Source: Trypanosoma brucei (taxonomy: Eukaryota). Taken from it: a DNA stretch of 64,000 bases. Of this stretch, positions 22,291 through 32,249 are shown one piece after another. Location of the stretch: positions 1,728,001 through 1,792,000 of the forward strand of contig CM000208.1 in NCBI GenBank assembly GCA_000002445.1, read 5' to 3'. Numbering within the stretch: position 1 is the first letter of the stretch; the number at the start of each line of letters is the position of its first letter. The notes under the pieces were generated by a model. The model had not been told where the DNA came from and made no database searches. It saw only the letters and a list, made by a program, of their open reading frames with translations. Made by a program: the position numbers and the translations under genes.

Positions 22291-22732
22291 AGGTTGGGGC
22301 AACTGCTGTGTGCGTGACACGGTAGTCCAACCCACCACCCAGGAAAGACACTAGGTGCGAATCTTCACATTTTCAGTTTTCTGGTAGCTTTGAACCGTGT
22401 TGAGGGGATGGCAGTTTGATTGGGTCGGCCACAGTGAAACTCTTCTCCCGAGAACCTTCTCAGTACTCCCTTACAAGGAAGTGAAGGTCGAATGATCACG
22501 CGCCTACATGGCCCGGTGACGCTGTGTGATAACGCCGTCAGGTGCGGAAACACTGAAGAAAGATAAAACAAGGTGGTATTAACATTTCGCGTGGTTTTCA
22601 AAGAATTATTGCCCCTAAACGCAGTTGCTTTCCACCTCGTAAAAGGTTACAAGTTAAACTTGGGAGGGAAGGGCGCAGCGAGACGGTGGAATGCCCATAT
22701 GCGCTCGTGGTAGCTTCTGGTGTATTTCTTAT

Positions 22733-22757
22733 CTGCGGGGGGCAGGGGGGGGGGGGG
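22733..22757 (+). repeat. G-tract: GGGGG-CA-G13 on the coding (sense) strand, between the RRM gene and the next gene. It has potential to form a G-quadruplex or slipped structure.
   Basis: Seen directly. Other G/C homopolymers: G10 at 20880..20889, C11 at 25265..25275, G10 at 37339..37348. Confidence 0.9.
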
Positions 22758-23006
22758 TTACCGCGTCGGTCACACTGCAATGTTCTCTTTTTTATGCATG
22801 CGGTACGTGAACGGAGAAACGTTGCGGGACGAAAGTAAGCAGCATCAAAGTAAAGTTTGGCTATTCAACCTTTGAGTGCCGTCATTCTTAGTAACTTTTC
22901 CTGCACCGCCGCTGGGGCACAGGGATCGTTGAAGCTACAAAAAGATTAGTTAAAGTGGGGCGACCCAATGATGAATTGATCCTTTCTCTCATCTACTTTT
23001 TATTTG

Positions 23007-24419
23007 ATGCGCTGCTTCTACCTGGCTGATGTAGATAGGATGGTGGGTTGCAGAAGGTTGTGGACAGGCGCTCTGTCAACTTTTCGGGTAATCGTCCGTC
23101 ACGCGACAGACGTAGTGGGCCGTCTCTCTAACAGTGCTGCCGAACGCTGCATTCTGTGGAACTATGGACTGGACGGGAAAACCCCACCGGAATGCCGTTT
23201 CCACCAGCAGGAAACACCTGAGGAACCGCATCACAGGTGTGAGGTGGTAGCACTCGTTTTCTTGGGGCAGTGCTTAACTTCTTTCATGAATGGATCTTAC
23301 CAGCCAACACTGATCACCATCTACGGCAGTGTTGTATCTTCCCTCACTCCATTCAAACGCCATCTGGAGCAGTTTGCAGAAAATGTGCAGTTCTATCGTC
23401 TGTTTCTTCAAGGCTCGGGCACTCTAGTGTGCGGTGCATGTGATGCTCCCCTTTTGGTGTGGCTGGTAATGCCGTGGGAGAAAGATGGACCAGCCATACA
23501 TAAGTTCGTTATCAGGCTTGCTCAGTCATTGCGTTGCAATGCGCTGGTCGTAGCAGTGCCCCTCAATGGCTCATGTGGGCAGAAAGAGACTGTAAAGCGC
23601 CTTTCTGTCTTGCTAGAGTTGGGAAGGCAAAGAGCGCGCGCACAGCGGGTTGTCCTTGGCGGAAGTAACCTAGCAGGGATGTTTGTTTTACTATACCTAC
23701 AGGAACGATACAGCTCCCTACGCTTAGGTCCTTACGCCGCGGCAGCGCCCGAAACGGCACACCGCGCGGTGTGCTGCAGTGTGATTCTCGTTGATCCGTT
23801 TGTTGGGTGGGAAGTTGCCCATCTCTTTCACACCAACGCACCCCAACGTTCTGCGTTTCAGGGAGTGTCGGATGCGAACCGAGATTCGATACCGCCAAAC
23901 CCACCACAAGCGTACTCCGCTCGTTCCCCACCATCCACCCCGATTTCTGTAAAGGATCGTTTCAAACATGCCGTGATGATGGCGAGTGGCTCCCGCGTCC
24001 GAAAGTGGTTTCCTCCGGCCATCGCGTACGAGGCACCGCCGATGGTTTTGCTTGGGAAGGAGTCCGGAATGTGGATAGAAGAGCTGCGTGACTTCAATGC
24101 GAAGGTGGATCGGTTTTGTGTCGAGGAGAACAGGCACAGGGTGCTTTTCTTCCCATATTCCATTAGAACCACAGCCGCAGGTATGCTGGTATCGGTGAAC
24201 TGCCGTGTGGAATTGGAGCGGATGCTGCGTATGGTGGAGGGTTTCATCATCCGGCACCTTTCACGAGACGGTTGGTGTGCGGGTGTCCGACATTCCAACA
24301 CTCCATTCAACTGGGGAGAGCCAATGGAAAGGCAACGGTCCCCAGCTGGGGAAGTAACGATATGGGCAGCGTTGCCGCCGTCACAGAGAGGAGTAGTTGA
24401 GACATCGGGGAGAAGATGA
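23007..24419 (+). CDS. Hypothetical protein (~470 aa).
   Basis: The track start at 23004 is TTG; the first ATG is 23007. The start could instead be ATG 23040 (MVGCRRLW) if the AG acceptors at ~23033-23037 are used. No recognisable domain. Confidence 0.55.
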   Translation: MRCFYLADVDRMVGCRRLWTGALSTFRVIVRHATDVVGRLSNSAAERCILWNYGLDGKTPPECRFHQQETPEEPHHRCEVVALVFLGQCLTSFMNGSYQPTLITIYGSVVSSLTPFKRHLEQFAENVQFYRLFLQGSGTLVCGACDAPLLVWLVMPWEKDGPAIHKFVIRLAQSLRCNALVVAVPLNGSCGQKETVKRLSVLLELGRQRARAQRVVLGGSNLAGMFVLLYLQERYSSLRLGPYAAAAPETAHRAVCCSVILVDPFVGWEVAHLFHTNAPQRSAFQGVSDANRDSIPPNPPQAYSARSPPSTPISVKDRFKHAVMMASGSRVRKWFPPAIAYEAPPMVLLGKESGMWIEELRDFNAKVDRFCVEENRHRVLFFPYSIRTTAAGMLVSVNCRVELERMLRMVEGFIIRHLSRDGWCAGVRHSNTPFNWGEPMERQRSPAGEVTIWAALPPSQRGVVETSGRR

Positions 24420-25663
24420 AACAGGGGGAGCGAAGTTGGGCAGAGAAAGTGGAAAAGTCGACAATGCCACGTGGATCTACTTCACATCCCAACGTTGCCC
24501 GTGTTTATAAGTTGGCCCTCAACTTATTATCGACCTTCTTTTCGCGCACAGGTGTAACTTACTGGTGCGATATCGGTGTCTCTCTACTTCCCTTCTCTCC
24601 GTCTAACATATATATTAAGTGATTAGGTCCATTTTATTTTATTTTATTGCTCATCTATTTGTTCTGTTCCCCTCGCTCATTTGGTTCGTTACGAATGTCG
24701 TGATCTTTATTTTTTTTTTCAGAATATATGATCGTCAATTGAAACACACAAACAACGATGACAACAGTGAGACAGAGCACATGATTGTTGCTTGGTTTCT
24801 TCACTCCCATAATTTGTGGACCCACATCATATACGTATGTGGGGAACCATATGTATATCTATTTGCTCCTTTACACATGTGTATATCTGTGTGTGTGTGT
24901 ATTTTTATTTTATTCTACCTACCTACTTACTTTAAACAATCCACACACTCCCAAGAAAAAAAAGGGGGCCTTGCGATGGTGTGTGCATATGTTTGTGCGT
25001 AACATCCTCTGCGAATGTGGACTCTCAACCCTGTGATCAAGAAGAAAGGAGAAAAAAGAATTGAAGTGTTGGGTAATAGCTCCAAAAGGGGGGAAAGTAG
25101 GTAAGACTTTCGACCCGCGCGAAAAAGTGGATCTCCATCGTTTTGCTTTTTTTTTTGTTTTTTTTTTTGCAGTTGCCATTGCATTTTGTTGTTATACCCA
25201 CTATCTCTTTCCTTCAAGCGCACTCCGGCATCGCGGTGTGTCTTACTCTAAAGGCATACCCCAACCCCCCCCCCCAAAAAAAAGATACAAAGCGGATTGA
25301 CACTAACGTCTCGCAGCAATCATTTTCTTCGTTGGTGTGTAAAAGAAAGAGAGAGGAAGAAAAAAAATGTGTAGATGTGCATCTGCCTTTGGGATGTGTG
25401 GCGCGCACTTTGAATTTATCAGATGCAGGAGCTGAGGCAAAAAGGGGGGAGTGATGCATTTGGTTCCTATCGTTCCTTTTCCTATCTCGTTTGTTTTTTT
25501 TTTTTGGTTACAAGCTCTCTTTTTGTGATTGTCATGAATTTTTTTTTGCTTGTTTTGTCCCTCCGAGTGATATAAGTGCTGATCTTCCGTTCATCTCATT
25601 TTTCGCACTTACCTTTTTGCCATTTATTTACGTGCATATGCAAGTTTTAGGTGTCGCACGCAA

Positions 25664-27316
25664 ATGGCAACATCCATTCAGCAAAATCCATTGCGGGTGC
25701 GCACGCTAGAAGTCCTGTGGCATTGGAGGGAAATCGACGATGAGGCGCTGCAGTTTGGTCTCCAGGGAGGTAGTATCGAAGGTATTGTTTCTATAGATTA
25801 CAATCGAGTAGAAGATCGCATAGTTACTTCAGGTGGCGACAGATACATACGCCTATGGAACCTCAATATCGCTGCAATTGACCGGTGGCTTAAAAATAGT
25901 GAGAGCGGCATGGAAGATTGCGTTCAGTTTATATGTGGTGGGGTAACACCGTGGATGCCTTTGACCGCACGGTGGGCACCAAACGGCCGTCTTATCGCCT
26001 CGGGCCACTGTGATGGAAAAATATGCCTGTGGTGGAAGGAGAGCAGTAGAGATGGTGAGCCTGAGCAATGGAAGGATTATAGACATCTTTCCGGACACGT
26101 GATTGATGTGCACGATGTGTGCTTCTCGCCAGACTCGCGTTACCTCCTCAGTGCCGGTGGTGATGGGACGGTTGTGCTGCACGATCTTGAGGGAAGCACC
26201 ATGCCGGTGGTGCAGCTTCAGGAGGCACACAGCAAGTTTTGTCGTGGTGTGGCGTGGGATCCTTGGATGCACTATGTTGCTAGTTGCGGCAGTGGGCCAG
26301 CGTTGTATATTATGCAAGGGCCGAAGCACGGAGCGAAGCGAGCCTCTCTGGTATCCCAGCGAAAGGCACAGGGAGATTTTATTGGCGAGTCGTGTAGTGC
26401 ATCATATCGACGCCTTGCATGGTCGCCGGATGGTGCGATTCTTGCGGTACCGTACGGTAAAGTTTCGCAACACAAACACTCACGTTCCGCTTGCAGTGGT
26501 GGTGGGTCGGAAGATGCGACAGCTGGAGCCGCTGCGGGAGAGGACCGTTGGAAGAATTCTATGGTACATTGCGTTTACATGTACATACGTAACGCTCCGG
26601 ATAAAGTTGCAGCCCGCTTAACGGTGCGGGGTGATGCGGAGGTGCGAGGTGTACAATGGGCCCCGTGTTTCCTGGAACCCATAGATGAAATAACGTGTAA
26701 TGAAGAACAAAACGACACGACTGCAGCTGAGGTAAGCAACCAAGCGAGAAAAAGTGGACCCACAGCAGAAGAAAAAGGTTCGTGGGGCCCCGCTGATTAC
26801 CGCATGGCATTAGCAGTATGGACTGCAGATGCTGTCATGGTATATACCACAGACAGTGAAGTTCGGCACAGTGACTTCACGGATTTACATATGCGCAGCA
26901 TCTACGATGTGGCATGGAGCCCTGACGCATCTTACCTTTTAACGGCTGGACTTGATGGTTACATTACCGTCATATCAACTGGCGGTTCTCTCGGTGTTGC
27001 CCACCGTTTGCCTTTGTTCTCCAAGAAACCAACGACAAGGAGGTTGTGCACCGTGTTGCAGAATGTGAAAACGGAAAGTGAAACGTTGGGACCAGGGAGA
27101 GGAGCAACAAAAACGACTAATGCAGCAACGAAAAAGGAACCCGTTGGTGGTGAAGAGGCGGAAAACGCGAGCAGTAACACTGTCGTGCACGCGCCGGTGA
27201 AAAAGAAAAAGAAGTTAGAGCCACAAGCGCAGGAAATGTATCCGGCAAAAGAGGAACCAGATACTGCTGTGAGCCTTGGTGAGCTTTCCAAACTTATGGA
27301 TAACCTCAACGATTAA
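25664..27316 (+). CDS. WD40-repeat protein resembling chromatin assembly factor 1 subunit B (CAF-1 p60/CAC2-like), 550 aa.
   Basis: ATG at 25664. Several WD repeats (GHxxxV...SGGDRYIRLW, ASGHCDGKICLWW, LSGHVIDVHDVCFSPDSRYLLSAGGDGTVVLHDL, VAWSPDASYLLTAGLDGYITV). The N-terminal architecture is like CAF-1B/HIRA. The tail is acidic and lysine-rich. Confidence 0.65.
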   Translation: MATSIQQNPLRVRTLEVLWHWREIDDEALQFGLQGGSIEGIVSIDYNRVEDRIVTSGGDRYIRLWNLNIAAIDRWLKNSESGMEDCVQFICGGVTPWMPLTARWAPNGRLIASGHCDGKICLWWKESSRDGEPEQWKDYRHLSGHVIDVHDVCFSPDSRYLLSAGGDGTVVLHDLEGSTMPVVQLQEAHSKFCRGVAWDPWMHYVASCGSGPALYIMQGPKHGAKRASLVSQRKAQGDFIGESCSASYRRLAWSPDGAILAVPYGKVSQHKHSRSACSGGGSEDATAGAAAGEDRWKNSMVHCVYMYIRNAPDKVAARLTVRGDAEVRGVQWAPCFLEPIDEITCNEEQNDTTAAEVSNQARKSGPTAEEKGSWGPADYRMALAVWTADAVMVYTTDSEVRHSDFTDLHMRSIYDVAWSPDASYLLTAGLDGYITVISTGGSLGVAHRLPLFSKKPTTRRLCTVLQNVKTESETLGPGRGATKTTNAATKKEPVGGEEAENASSNTVVHAPVKKKKKLEPQAQEMYPAKEEPDTAVSLGELSKLMDNLND

Positions 27317-27770
27317 ATATTCACCTCCATCATTCCCCCTAAACTATAATTTGGCCAAATCTTTGGTCTTAGAAAAAGTTATCACACACAAATAGAAAAA
27401 GGATAAGAGGTATATTACTCAGTCAGATGCTAGCATTTGTTATTGTCGTTGGTATTTAATTTTTCCCATGTCTTCAACCGCCTATAACTTACGTTTGTAC
27501 TGACGAATTTGTGCAAATGCGCCGCCTCAATAAGCCACGTAGCGGCGGATCGGGACGGGTGCGTGAAGTTGGTTGTGTGCCATTAACTTTTTAAACTAGT
27601 ACTCCTGCTCTTCCCTGTAAACTCCACTCTCACTCTGCACCAGACGCAACAGAAGAAAGGAAAAGGTAAAATAAAGGGAAACTAATATTGAGGAATATTT
27701 CTCCTTTTTTTCATATTAAGTTTTGTTAAGGGCGGCAGTGCAACTGGGGGCGGGTGGGGTCGTAATTTAA

Positions 27771-30422
27771 ATGATGTCCATCCCAAACCTCACGGATGCA
27801 CCAGGTGGAATACTCATAGCGCACAGCCACAACCAGTCAACGAGCGCCGTGCCTTCTGGCGGTTCAGTGGATCCTAACAATGATGTCCGCGGTAACATAA
27901 CGCGCCTTACTGCGCGCGCAAGGCAACTGTTGGTTAGCGACATAGACACGCGAGTTGTCCGAAACGGCCTCAGCACATACGAAATGTCGCGCAAAACAGC
28001 CACGGATGCACGGTTGTGGGCACAGGTAGCTGGTCAAGCAACCTCTTCACAGGCATCAGTAGAACTCTTTATGGCAAGCCTCGGTTTCAACCTTCAGGAG
28101 CAGCTGCGTCTCCTTCATCAATTACACACCAACCAACTGCCTATTGTAGGGAGAAACCAGTTGGATAGCCTCGATGCACCGTGGGATACACAAGCGAGTG
28201 ACGAACTGGGCACCGCACTGGAGGTGTTTGTGGCGAACCGTCGTCACGAGATCATGCAACGGAGTGTAGACGAGATGCACCAACGCGTAGGTGAGATGAT
28301 GCAAGAGCGCTCGGAGGCCATCATACGCTCTTCGTGGGAAAAGTACAGTGTTGAAATTGCAGATGTTTTTGAAACCGCTTCATTAAAGGCTGGAAGCGGT
28401 GGTGGCAGGGGAGGAAACAGCAGGAACAGCATCAGCAACGGCCAGTTGATGCATGCTAGTACACTTGGGGGGGCAGTTAACGGTGTAGCCGCTGCGGGCA
28501 CCGCGTTGCAGTCTCATGCAGGTGTTGTAGCGCTGCTAAACGGTCGTGACACCGCATCGACGAAGGCCCTCGCCAAAGTTTCTGCCTTTGCGCACATCGT
28601 TCACACTCAGCCGCCGCAAAAATGGAGTTCACACTTTACCAATCACGTTGTTGACGACACTCCAAATTCAGTGGAGGAGGTGGCCGTTCTGTGGACCACC
28701 GTTGGGCACATCTTGCAGCCCATAATAGAACGTGGCTCTGCAGCGACATCAATAACTTACGTCAGCTCCAGCCGGCGGGTGATGGAACGGAAGGCTTTGG
28801 CGGCGGTTTTCTCCATCATGCTGAAGGTCGAGTCAGATCGCCTCTCTGATATGGAAAACATGCACGCAACCCGCTTCATCGGCGTTGTGGAGCGCTACAC
28901 TTCTTCATCTAATCCGTGGGCACACATATTTACCTCGATGCGCTGCGGCCGCTACGATGCGGCGGCAGCCATTGCGGCTGCTGCTGGTTTCGGTTTAGTG
29001 GAAAAGACTCTTAGTTCCTATGCCTCGGGGAACGTGATGGAACAGTACACACCGTCTTGCCCGTTAGAACTTCGTGCTCTTTATTCAGAGGATTGCACAC
29101 GCTCAGATCCCTACAGACATACTGTTCTCTTTCTGTTGCTTGCGGGGAAAACTGGGGAGAGCAATGAGGTGGTTCAATCGACAGTAGCGTCATTGTCGTC
29201 AAAGGTTGCCCGGTCGCTGGAAGACACGTTATGGATACGACTTTTTTGTCTCCACACCGTTGATGCAAATAACAGTGAGAAGATACAGTCCTTGTCAGAT
29301 ATGCAGCGGTTACTGTTAGATGATATGCAGGATCTGGTCGCACTGACACGCGGTAATGTTGTTCGTTTGGCGTCTTTAATGTTCCATGCATTATTGCCGT
29401 CCTCGGGGGTTCGACTGCTGACGGAAAATGACTCCACATACGTCGATGGTGTCCACCTCGCGATGTGCTTTCACAACAGCAAGATGCTCCAATGCAGTGA
29501 TGCGGAGGTTCCACTCGACCTTAGCCGTGCCATACAGCAGTACTGCTCCATCGCACTACTCGACGCCGACAGACGTCGGATGAATGCTTCCCAAGTAGGA
29601 CCAGCCATTTTCTGGTACTTCTTTCGCACTGGTCTTATTGACACGTTTGTGGACTACTGCAGTAACGAATTGGTGTGTGCGAAGCTATTTGGTCAGCGTG
29701 CTGGTGGTGGCAGTAACGATGGTGCGCTCTTTCAACACGGGGGTGTACCCCCCAACGAACTTTTGGATGCAATGGTGCGCATCGCTGAGGACGCAATCGC
29801 ACGGGGAAAGACAGAGCTTGCGGTACATGTACTAACGGTGTTGGACCATGCTGCCACACTCGTTTCGGATGACGCTCGATCAGGGTATGCACTCAGCCGC
29901 GCTGTGCAGAAGATTTGCCCAGCACTCGCACAGGCATTTCACAATGAACCTACGAGTGAAAGTGCAAATCTCTTCGTGCACGCCGCCGTTCTTCGGGAGC
30001 GGTTGGCGCAAACGAAATGTGTAATTCCATCGGCCCAGACGGACACTTTCCACCTGCTGTGCCGGATGGGCGAAGTGCACGCTAACGCCGTGCGCGGTAA
30101 CGCCGAGATGGCAGTACGATGCTTCTGTAACCTTCCTTTTGTCCCGGCAAGTCCCGCCGATGTTGAGCGGTGTGCAGAACTTTTTGATACAGCACCAGAC
30201 ACCGTGGCAACTGCGGCGCCACCGATCATTATCCACGCACTGCGGCAGTTGTTGCGTCTTGTGAAAGAGCAGAGGGCGTTGCATGATGGGGCGAGTGACG
30301 AACTGCTGTTGCAACGAAATCAGGCACAGCAAATTATTGCATGGGTGCGTCGCTGGAAGAGGCATATGAACCGCTCTCTCTTAGATGAGCTAATCGTTCT
30401 AGAGCGGTTGTTTGTGCAGTGA
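27771..30422 (+). CDS. Hypothetical alpha-helical protein, 883 aa (~97 kDa). Possibly a Nic96/Nup93-family nucleoporin, by size and predicted helical composition only.
   Basis: ATG at 27771. A long ORF with no catalytic motifs, an N-terminal predicted coiled-coil stretch and a largely helical composition. The nucleoporin suggestion is inference and was not verified. Confidence 0.4.
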   Translation: MMSIPNLTDAPGGILIAHSHNQSTSAVPSGGSVDPNNDVRGNITRLTARARQLLVSDIDTRVVRNGLSTYEMSRKTATDARLWAQVAGQATSSQASVELFMASLGFNLQEQLRLLHQLHTNQLPIVGRNQLDSLDAPWDTQASDELGTALEVFVANRRHEIMQRSVDEMHQRVGEMMQERSEAIIRSSWEKYSVEIADVFETASLKAGSGGGRGGNSRNSISNGQLMHASTLGGAVNGVAAAGTALQSHAGVVALLNGRDTASTKALAKVSAFAHIVHTQPPQKWSSHFTNHVVDDTPNSVEEVAVLWTTVGHILQPIIERGSAATSITYVSSSRRVMERKALAAVFSIMLKVESDRLSDMENMHATRFIGVVERYTSSSNPWAHIFTSMRCGRYDAAAAIAAAAGFGLVEKTLSSYASGNVMEQYTPSCPLELRALYSEDCTRSDPYRHTVLFLLLAGKTGESNEVVQSTVASLSSKVARSLEDTLWIRLFCLHTVDANNSEKIQSLSDMQRLLLDDMQDLVALTRGNVVRLASLMFHALLPSSGVRLLTENDSTYVDGVHLAMCFHNSKMLQCSDAEVPLDLSRAIQQYCSIALLDADRRRMNASQVGPAIFWYFFRTGLIDTFVDYCSNELVCAKLFGQRAGGGSNDGALFQHGGVPPNELLDAMVRIAEDAIARGKTELAVHVLTVLDHAATLVSDDARSGYALSRAVQKICPALAQAFHNEPTSESANLFVHAAVLRERLAQTKCVIPSAQTDTFHLLCRMGEVHANAVRGNAEMAVRCFCNLPFVPASPADVERCAELFDTAPDTVATAAPPIIIHALRQLLRLVKEQRALHDGASDELLLQRNQAQQIIAWVRRWKRHMNRSLLDELIVLERLFVQ

Positions 30423-31043
30423 AGCGTTATATTTCGATACTGGTGAACACTCCCTCCCCCCTTCTCTAGTGAGTTGAATGACCGAATAGGGGAACAAATG
30501 GGAGGACACGAAATCAGTTGGGTCTTGCTGAACAGTTGGGGAAGCTTGAAAGAATAAAGGTAGGGTTAGGGAGGCAAGTTTTCTGACGGGGGAATATGAG
30601 GTGTGTTGAAGTGATTCTGTTGGTACCAGACCTGAAGGCAGAAAATAGCAAAATACAAAGCAAAGAGGAAGAGAAGGTCGACCGGAGCGATCTCTTGTCA
30701 TTTTTCTAGCACCTTCTTTAACACGCTATACATGGTTTTGGCTATGGTTCTCGCCTGGAGCTTTAGAGGGGGCGGTAACTTGTTGATTGGGTGAAGGAGG
30801 GAGGTGAACGTTAAAAGAAGACTGAAATCATATGATGGGTGGACACATCGTGCCCTCTTGTGCCGCCAGGCGCCAGTCTACCTAATGTGCTTGCGGTAAA
30901 CTGTCTCACCACGCTTTATATGGCGTGAACGCCGTGAAAGTCGTGCTGTAAGACCTTCAGATGTAACTTATCTTCTCGACATCACAACTATTAGGGCAGA
31001 AGTGTTGTTTAGCTCCCCAGAAAGGGGGAAGGGTGTTACTCCC

Positions 31044-31748
31044 ATGCAGCAGCGTCTTGTTCTCATTGCTACTGACTTTGTAACGCTCTACCAAGAGGCC
31101 CTCAGCCGACAACTACTAACTCCCGCTGCGTTGACACCCGATGCGTTCAAGGATCTCTTTGATCGTATTAACGTAGAATATATGCACTATGCAGGTGCCG
31201 GTGCGACGCAGCCATACTTCGAAGATGTTGTGGAGAATCTGTTGCAGCTTGCTGCAGCGTACATCACACTGCCGCCCGACGCTGCTCCTAACAGCCGAGC
31301 CTTTGGGGTTTATTTGACCTTTTTCCTGTATGCCACGCAGCCAGCCATCGAAACATCACCAGTAAAGGTGCAAATTTCTCTGGGAACTCTACAAAGGTAC
31401 GTGGAAGATATAGATTCCACAGCACGAGACAACCAGGGAGTGATAACAAGCCTCGGTTGCCGCGTGTCAGACGGCGAAAAGCGGCTCCTGTTGGCGCTAC
31501 ACAAGTCTGGGGCCCTGAAGGTCATGCCCTTTATCGATGACTCGCTCTACGTGCGTACTCTAATTGAAGTGCATGAGCAAGCGGGTCTTCCACTACTCAC
31601 ATGTGTGGCTCCCCAGCGGTCAAATCCAAGTCCACACATTGCATTGGAGGGGGGAACATGTGTAGACGATGATCTATCAAATCAACTCCATGCATACAGG
31701 GAAATGAGGCGTCGCATTAACACTGAAAGTCTGCTGAAGCGTAAATGA
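31044..31748 (+). CDS. Hypothetical protein, 234 aa. It shows weak resemblance to the SNAPC1 (SNAP43) domain of the snRNA-activating protein complex.
   Basis: The track start at 31002 is GTG; the first ATG is 31044 (MQQRLVLIATDF). The segment FGVYLTFFLYATQP...ISLGTLQRYVED has a pattern similar to the SNAP43 core (GGLYLLYLLWAAQP...). Low-confidence inference. Confidence 0.4.
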   Translation: MQQRLVLIATDFVTLYQEALSRQLLTPAALTPDAFKDLFDRINVEYMHYAGAGATQPYFEDVVENLLQLAAAYITLPPDAAPNSRAFGVYLTFFLYATQPAIETSPVKVQISLGTLQRYVEDIDSTARDNQGVITSLGCRVSDGEKRLLLALHKSGALKVMPFIDDSLYVRTLIEVHEQAGLPLLTCVAPQRSNPSPHIALEGGTCVDDDLSNQLHAYREMRRRINTESLLKRK

Positions 31749-32249
31749 GTGTAATGCTTCGGTGCTGTTTGCAGTTGCAGTTGCAGATGCAGATGTGCCA
31801 GTCGCTCTTAATGAAATATTCCATTCTTGTTTTGATAAGTACTGTTCTTGGTTACTTCTTCGCTGTTTAAACGTAACTGCTCGTATTTTTTTTTTATTTC
31901 CTGGTGTAAACACGTAAATCGGCATGGTTGCGACACAACACGATTAGGCGGAACTAGGTGGCTTACTCACCTTTACACAAATACGTGGAGAGGAGGAGGG
32001 AGCGATTGAGAAGCGGGGCAAACAACTTGTCTGCGCACAAGTTGAGACAAAGCCACCGCAAAGCCTGATGAGGCGCTTCGCGAGGCGTCTGCACACCCCA
32101 TTGATTCTGCGCAAGACGAGGGATACGCCTGTCACTCCGCTTCGCTTCTGCAGTGCTTCCACAAATAATGCCACAAGTGAAGTTGCCCTCAATCATGGTC
32201 GCAATCCACTGGATTTGGTTGATGTGCTGGGTGGTGGTGAAAGACCCCT

